Below are positions 56,611 to 64,000 of a stretch of DNA of 64,000 nt, one piece after another (within the stretch, counting starts at the first letter, position 1; each line of letters starts with the position of its first letter). The stretch spans positions 22,444,001-22,508,000 of the forward strand of contig CM022671.1 in the NCBI GenBank assembly GCA_012295275.1. Reading direction: 5' to 3'. The translations under genes and the position numbers were made by a program. The stretch is from Chrysomallon squamiferum. Taxonomy: Eukaryota; Animalia; Mollusca. The notes beneath the pieces were generated by a model, which worked only from the letters and a program-made list of their open reading frames with translations, ran no database searches and was not told the DNA's origin.

Positions 56611-56960
56611 CATACAGACAGACAGCTAGACACATATGCAAGGAAATAGTCACAGAGACAGACAGCTAAACATATATATATACCGCTAGACGTATAGACA
56701 GCTAGACAAATGCAGATGCTAGACATTCAGCTAAATACACATGAAAACCGCTAGATATACAGAGAGACAGCTAGACACAGATGCAAACCGCTAGATATAC
56801 GGTCAGACAGCTAGACACATATACAGACAGCTAGACACATATACAGACAGCTAGACACAGATGCAAACCGCTAGACAGACAGACAGCCAGACACACATGC
56901 AAACCGCTAGATATACAGTCAGACAGCTAGACACACATGCAGACCGCTAGACAGACAGAC
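56611..56960. repeat. 20-bp minisatellite with GCTAGA core
   Basis: Units CAGACAGCTAGACACATATA and CAAACCGCTAGATATACAGT; CTAGA recurs every 20 nt from 56751 to 56871. Confidence 0.9.
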
Positions 56961-57856
56961 ACTCAAGTTGGAATGAAGCCCTTCAGCTCATCCCACTCCT
57001 CCAGCCCCTCATCCACTGCGTAGATCGCCCGCCAGTCCCAGACTAACACACGACTTGATAATAAGTGTGATTCGCTCAAAAGAGCATCATTTCAGCAGCC
57101 CATGGGAAACGAAATTCATACGATAGTCTGGTTTAGTGCACCTCTCAGACCTCCATCAGTCTAATCTATCCCGTTCCCGTACTTGAAGTCAGCCAGACAT
57201 CGCAGCTAAAGTGTTAGTCAAGGGCAATCACTCTAACTCTCATCCAGGAAGTAAGTGGTCTCCGGCACGTGTCAGCAGGAATCACAAGTGGAAAGATAGG
57301 TGGAGTGAAGGTGCCATGAAATTGTTATTTGTAAAACATAAAGTAGTTTGAAATGTTCATTTGTTTTCCTCGTACAACCAAAGAGCTGAGCCACAGATAT
57401 CTTCTCACAGAATTCATTTACATGTCCACCAAAAATAAAATTGTTTCATTCTTATCAGAGGAACAATGTCAAAAACTTTTTTTTTTTTTTTAAATCAGTC
57501 CACCAGGACAGTTTATATTTCATAATATGTATTTAAATTCTCGAGGACACTGTAATGTTTTTAAGTTTTCGTAAAACTGAAATGTAAGGGCAATTTGTAA
57601 TTTATATTTTCGCTTTTTTGTTTTTATATTAATTTTGATTTTGTTTTTTTGTGAATACAAAATATCAGCCGGAGCTAAAAAAAAATCAACTGACCGCTAA
57701 TGTGAATCACGCCTCAAAATATATTTCAGTGATTAAAACAAAATGAAGATGTTACTCCTCAAAACGTAATAGGTTAATAAATTAATAAGTGCTGTACGTC
57801 CCAGTTCAGATGTGTAGTTATAGTTTGGTTTAGGTTAGCTCGGTATACCCATTCCC

Positions 57857-57931
<75 letters not shown>

Positions 57932-60009
57932 GATCGCTCACATTCTCTCGTTCATTCGCCGTCTATTAGTATCACTCGTGCTTTCTTTTACATGTACAAC
58001 GTACAATGTGCAAAAAAAAAAAAAACTTGTTCGTTACCGGGCGACTGAGACATCGGAAAGCACCGCGAATATCTTGTAGGCTCGGTGGGCTGTTTAAACA
58101 CAGATTAGCGTAAAGTGGACAGGCAACAAGACTTTGATCTAAAGTGGCCCTTGGAACCTTTCACGGTAATTCATGACAACACCTCGCGGACAGAACTCGC
58201 GGCTGCGCGCCCGTATTGTTTAGTACACCATTACCGACAAATTCTCCAGTTTCGAACTGCGTACCACTTGGAAGCTTTTTATTACGATGTCTGCAGAAAG
58301 TGAAAGCCTTTTTTTTTCTTTTTTTTTACCACCACCAAGTAATAACTCATATTTCGGCTGACCGTTTTAACAGAGTCGGGCTAATGTAAATACGTGTATA
58401 TCAGCAATGAAGAGGTGGCAAAGAGGGAAAACGTGCATTTCCAGAACCCCTCTGTCGGCTCGAAGTAATATAAATACGTGAATGGGGAAAAAAACGAACG
58501 TGGTTTTAGAGAACAAGAAAAAGGAAAATAAATAAAATAGAAATTTCCCTCTGATTGGCAGTGTTAAAATGGCTGTAAATCTTGAGGTAAGAGAGTGGCG
58601 GTAATAAACCCAACGAGCGCCCGTCGCCCGAAGCATTAAAAAAAATTAACACACCTACGAAAATTAACACCCTGGGCGCCAGAAGAAGTCGCTGGCGCCA
58701 AATCCATTGCGAGTCAATCGGTGTTCATCGCCTTATCTAGTTTCCTTTCATCAGCTGAATCGAGGACTCCGGTTCTAGCTCAGATATTTATATAACCAAT
58801 ATCCACTGCAGTTTTCACTCAGAACCCTTCATTTGTACACTTCCACAGAAAAATGTTTATTTACTCTTTTTTTTTTTTTTCATTTCGTACTTTCTTCTGT
58901 GATGTTTTTTTTTTTTTTTTCCACCTCTGACTGACGCCACATGGAAGATTTCGCCAGATCTTCGTAATGCAGCGAAATACACCGTTTATATTGTCTGGGA
59001 GATTGTGTTTGTTATGTTGTTTGATAGCAAAATCTTTTTTCTAAACAGAATAAATGTAAAAAGGATATTGGATTAGGAAACGGTGCCACGATCTAAAGAA
59101 TCTACGTGTTTTTCATCAAATAAAACGTTAAAATGTGTTTCTGAAATACGATTATATTTATCTTTTTTTTAATTTTTTTTTTTTTTTTTTTATAAAATAT
59201 TTTTAATTAAATAAATGTAAAAATAAAATGGAATTACATAGACATTGGTTTCATTTAGACATCTAACAATTTAAATCAGAAAAAAAAAAGGAATAGAGAT
59301 TTTGTTTTGCCTTTGAATTATTTAAATTATTATAATTTTGTATTTATTATTTTGATGAATACTGTGTTGATGATGATGATGATGAAGGTAATAATAAATA
59401 AATAAATAAACAAAATAAAATAAAATAAAATAATGGAAACAAAAGAAAAAAGGGAACACGGAATACAATGTTACCCTCCTCAAGAGTTCATCCGTTATGC
59501 AGTTAGAAGTCATATCAGTTTATGACTGAAAATAATTAAACAGAAATTCAGTTCTCTTTAAATTGCGTAATAGTTTTTGAACATGTATGCCTGTAAATTC
59601 CCTTATAAACAGGTAAAAGTGTTTTAAAAGAAATTTAAGAACATAATTACATATAGTGTCAAACAGATAACATTTATTATTTTATCTGATTAATAGAAAT
59701 AAATGTGTAAAACGAAAACTGAAAATATTCTGTAGAAAATTTAACTATTTAATTTCGAAAAATAAATTATATAGATATAGATATAGATATAGATACAGAT
59801 ACAGGTATAGACATAGATAGTTTTTAATACAGACGAAATTATCAGTTTCTTCAAATTCATTATCTCTGCTATCCTTTCTTCCTATCTATTTCTCTTTTTT
59901 CTCAGTTCTTTCCAATTTAATTCTCGAATAAGAAAGTTTTAGAATTTGAATAACAAACCACTAATAAATAAAATAAAATAAAATAATTATTAAATTAAAT
60001 TAAATTAAA

Positions 60010-60057
<48 letters not shown>

Positions 60058-60876
60058 ATTATAATAATTATTATTAAAAGTAGTACTAGTAATAATAGTA
60101 GTAGTAGTAGTAGAAATAGGAGTAACAGTAGTAATTGTATTAATAATAGAAGTACTAGTAGCTGTAGTATAAGCAGTATTAACATTAGTAACAGTAATAA
60201 TAGCAGCAGCAGCAACAGCAGTAGTAGCAGTAGTGGTAGTAGTACTAAAACCTGATGATATTAAAGACAAAACATTAGCCATTAGACAAAAATGCTAAAA
60301 ATTATAAGCTACAGAAGAATAACCACGGACAGCAGTAGAAATAATACGGGTTCTGTGTCACATCAGTTCTTTGTGGAACTGTAATTGCGTTTAGCGGCAC
60401 TTAACAGAAAATACGGGCAACCTATGCGATAAAATTGTGTTATTTTCCTATTTCTGAATATTAGTCACCCAAAGGATGAAATAATAAGAATAATAATTTT
60501 ATTCTGTGTAAATGTGTTTTCTGTACAACATTTCTGTTAGTTTCTGCTAAATGTATAATGTTTAAATATGTTTACCGTATTTACTCGTGCATAAATCGAA
60601 ATATTTTCGTACTTACATTCAGTATAAAACGTTACAATGTGATTTAGGCTAAAATGATCAGTGTGCCAACTTTATGTTACTGCCCGATTACAATGCATAA
60701 CTATGTATAATGTTGTTTAAGGTTTGTGATAAAGATCATAAAACTGTGTTATAAATAAATGTCAAAAGTACCTACTTGATATATGTGTAGTTCATTATGC
60801 TAATTCTGTTATAATTTTCTGTTTTGTATACGACTTGTTCACGAGTAATTACGGAACATGTATGCGTGGTTTGAGT

Positions 60877-60911
<35 letters not shown>

Positions 60912-61298
60912 CAAACATGCAGATATGCACATTTCTCTAAATAAAACATTATTTTGTTCATTCGTATTACTGGTAATTAATACCGAAGAATAGTATTAAA
61001 AATCAAGAAAATGTGCATGTTTTTCATTGATGAAGAAATTATGTATCTCATAAATACGAATTCTCTCGTCTTTTTTTTATTTTTTTTTTTTTCTATCGTT
61101 TTAATTTAATTTTGATTCTATATATGTTGAAGGAATAATATTAATAATTATAATTATAACAATAATGATGATGATGATAATAATAGTAACAACAACAGTT
61201 AAAGAAGAAGAAGAAAATGAAAGAAGATACATCGAAATAAAACTCGTTTTCTCACTGCAATGAATGCGATTTTGAATTACTTTCTTGCTGGTGTTAGA

Positions 61299-61340
<42 letters not shown>

Positions 61341-61741
61341 TGATTCCTCTTGACAGATAATAATCATTTTTCCGAGTCTGCAATTATAGCATCGCCGCCA
61401 TGCTGGTTTCATTTGTTGAAACGTCATTCTTTTTTATTTATATAATGTGTGCGAACCCTGGCGGTATAGGTGGCCACCGTAATACGTTTATTCAGCTAAA
61501 TAACATTTTCGTTAAATTACTTGTCTCCTGCCTCGACCGCCGAGTTAATTCAAAAGAAGTCCCCTATCATCGTTAATTCCTGCCCATTAATATCATTCTA
61601 CGTGTTTTTAATCAAAAGAAAGAACCAGTTCGAATATGTCAGCTCCAAACAATATCCAATTTAAAATTCTGTTATTTCCCCATGTACGGTTCAATTATTC
61701 AAGATTAAACTACCTGAAGAACTAATGTCTTTTATTTCTTG

Positions 61742-61775
<34 letters not shown>

Positions 61776-63079
61776 CTTTTTATCCTTCATCACTAATTTC
61801 TTCTTGTCTCTCTTCCCATAGCGTGCAGGATGACAATTCCTGGAAGAAACCAAGGAAAAAAAAAAATCGAAAAGACTCGAGCGAAGCTAATTAACTCTCG
61901 CAGGTAAGACCGTGAGTTCTCGCGGGCTTCCGGTAGAAGTTCGTGGTTTCGCGAGACCGGGGTGGTGGGGTTTTTTTTCTCCACAAAGCGCCATGTTGAT
62001 TTGAGATAAGCGAATATGTCACATGCAAAGACGGGAAATAAGAAGCCTATCGGGTCCAATTAGAGACGGCGTACAGAGAACCTTTTATTGTCATCAGGCG
62101 CATCGTAATTCAAGTGGCGGTTTCGTCGCTTTGACGACGTGAGCTAACTCGTGTCTTTGAACGGAGCCGGCCGAGATTCTCAGATCAAACGACTGTTAGG
62201 AGGAATGCAGGAAGCTCAGCGCTAATGTCCGCAGCAAATGGCGATAAACAGATACATTGCTGCGTGAAATAACCTCATAAGGCCACACCCGAGTTACAAA
62301 TTAAATTTTTGCCAGTCCGCGTAATGATAAGACAGAGAGCATTTAATGACTGCTGGCCTTTGATGTCGTTTGCTAGCTACGACGCCACGTGCGGTATTTT
62401 TTTTTTTTTATGCGCGTGCGGAGCTCGATATGACCACGGAACGTCGCAAAGAAGACGAAGGAGAAAAAAAAAATGAAAAAAATAAAACATCAAAAATAGC
62501 CTGTAATTAACAGAATCAGCGCGAGCCGGCGACCCAAGATCGTGGAAAATCCTCATTATAGATGTTTTAAGTTTCGCTTTACCTGTCATTTCAACTCAGG
62601 TAGCGGATTAAGGCAAATCAGGCTTTCAGAAGACGCCATTTAGCCTCCGGGTTGGTATACGTATCTGGTTTTTTATTTTTTTATTTTTTATTTTTTATTT
62701 TCTCCAGCCAGTAGAGAAAGAGAACCAGAGTTAGAGAAAACGATAATGATTTCTGTCAGGACAAGAAGGGCAAGAAAAAAAAGAAATGATTAACGTGTTT
62801 TGTTGTAAACGTAGAAGAATCTATTGGTTTACGTCAAGCAAAGTGAAGAAACGTATGGGTGTTTTACACAGAACTCGAAATCACATGCCCTGCAGCGTTT
62901 CGGATTGGGTTCTCTTAAAATCCATAGCGAGAGCGACTTGCAAGCGGGGTGGAGTCAAGGTGAAGGAGTAGATACAGAAACAAAATATATAAAAACACTA
63001 TTTCGTGTTAAGAGATAGAGAGTCAGAATGGTAGAAAAAGAAGACAGAGAAACATTCATATAGTGAGGAGAGAGTGAGG

Positions 63080-63098
63080 TGGGGGGGAGAGAGAGAGG

Positions 63099-63167
<69 letters not shown>
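63080..63167. repeat. (GA)n microsatellite
   Basis: Directly visible. Confidence 0.95.
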
Positions 63168-63171
<4 letters not shown>

Positions 63172-64000
63172 TACGTGTAGGAATAAATATTCCTGCCATA
63201 GGGCCGTATAATATAGTTGTTGAACTCGTGCAAATAAAGTGGTCGAACTAGAGCAAGCAGTCTGAATAAAATACTTGTTCTTACCTTTGTGTGTGAAAAC
63301 CACATAAATCAGACAGATCTGTAGGATGAAATATCGTATTAGTTATAAATATTTAAATCATTTCTTCATTAAAATACAATACAGTACTAGCATGTTTAGA
63401 TGGTGTATTTTAATGTGCTATGTAGTTATTTGATTAGATTTTTCTTTATAATAGAAATTATTCCATTTTAATTTTATCACTGAGGATGTCTGTGTGGCTA
63501 TAAGGGCGCCATTTTATTTGTGTTTGACAACAGCTGACAGCTTGTCACGACAAAAGACGACTACGCCAACGTAACCGAGACATGTCCATTTTCATAAATG
63601 ACCACAAAGGTCATTTTCAATGGTCAAGTTACTCCCCCATCGTGGCCTAACACGACCCCTACTTTGTGCCTAAAAGAGCAGGTCAAGGGGGGTCCGCATC
63701 GCATGTCGTCTCCAGTCAAGACGGGATTTACCTCCCCTGCAGTCCCGTGGACAAAGGCGTGAGTGCATTACAGAAATAAACAGCTTTCATATCGTGTTTC
63801 GCTAATGTGTTTGTTCAACTAAGCTTTTAGCTTCACCTGCTTCGCAAAAACCCTCTCGTCTCCGACGAAGTACGCGTTCTCGCCAGAAAACACAATGCGA
63901 CAAGTGACTGACAGCGACACCCCTCGCTGCTCGTGGCAGCCATTCGGGCATGTAAAAGGGGGGAGAACTCTAAGTGTGAGGGGAAGAGCGAGTATTTTTG

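Overview
Eukaryotic (animal) genomic DNA, very AT-rich and saturated with microsatellites. It contains one protein-coding gene on the + strand, a Tbx2/3 (optomotor-blind family) T-box transcription factor. I reconstruct six coding exons with phase-compatible GT-AG junctions: 6333/6369-6694, 24824-25091, 31337-31483, 33289-33365, 35660-35823 and 36213-37573, giving 780 aa from the ATG at 6369. The introns and the ~26 kb gene-free downstream flank alternate between simple repeats and CpG-rich unique islands that look like enhancers. Almost all other ORFs in the track are repeat artefacts. The protein and genome texture suggest a lophotrochozoan, possibly a cephalopod mollusc (inference only). 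Main leads: (1) a tandem in-frame acceptor that would insert TGLGFFQ at the position of the mammalian TBX3+2a insertion; (2) a cryptic 18-bp coding repeat encoding SIM-like hexapeptides near a SUMO/eh1-like motif; (3) an upstream 37-38 bp minisatellite whose unit is largely complementary to miR-8; (4) recurrent YY1/Pho motifs together with GA tracts; (5) correctly spaced BMP/Smad composite elements downstream. No prokaryotic features, CRISPR arrays or recognisable RNA genes were found.
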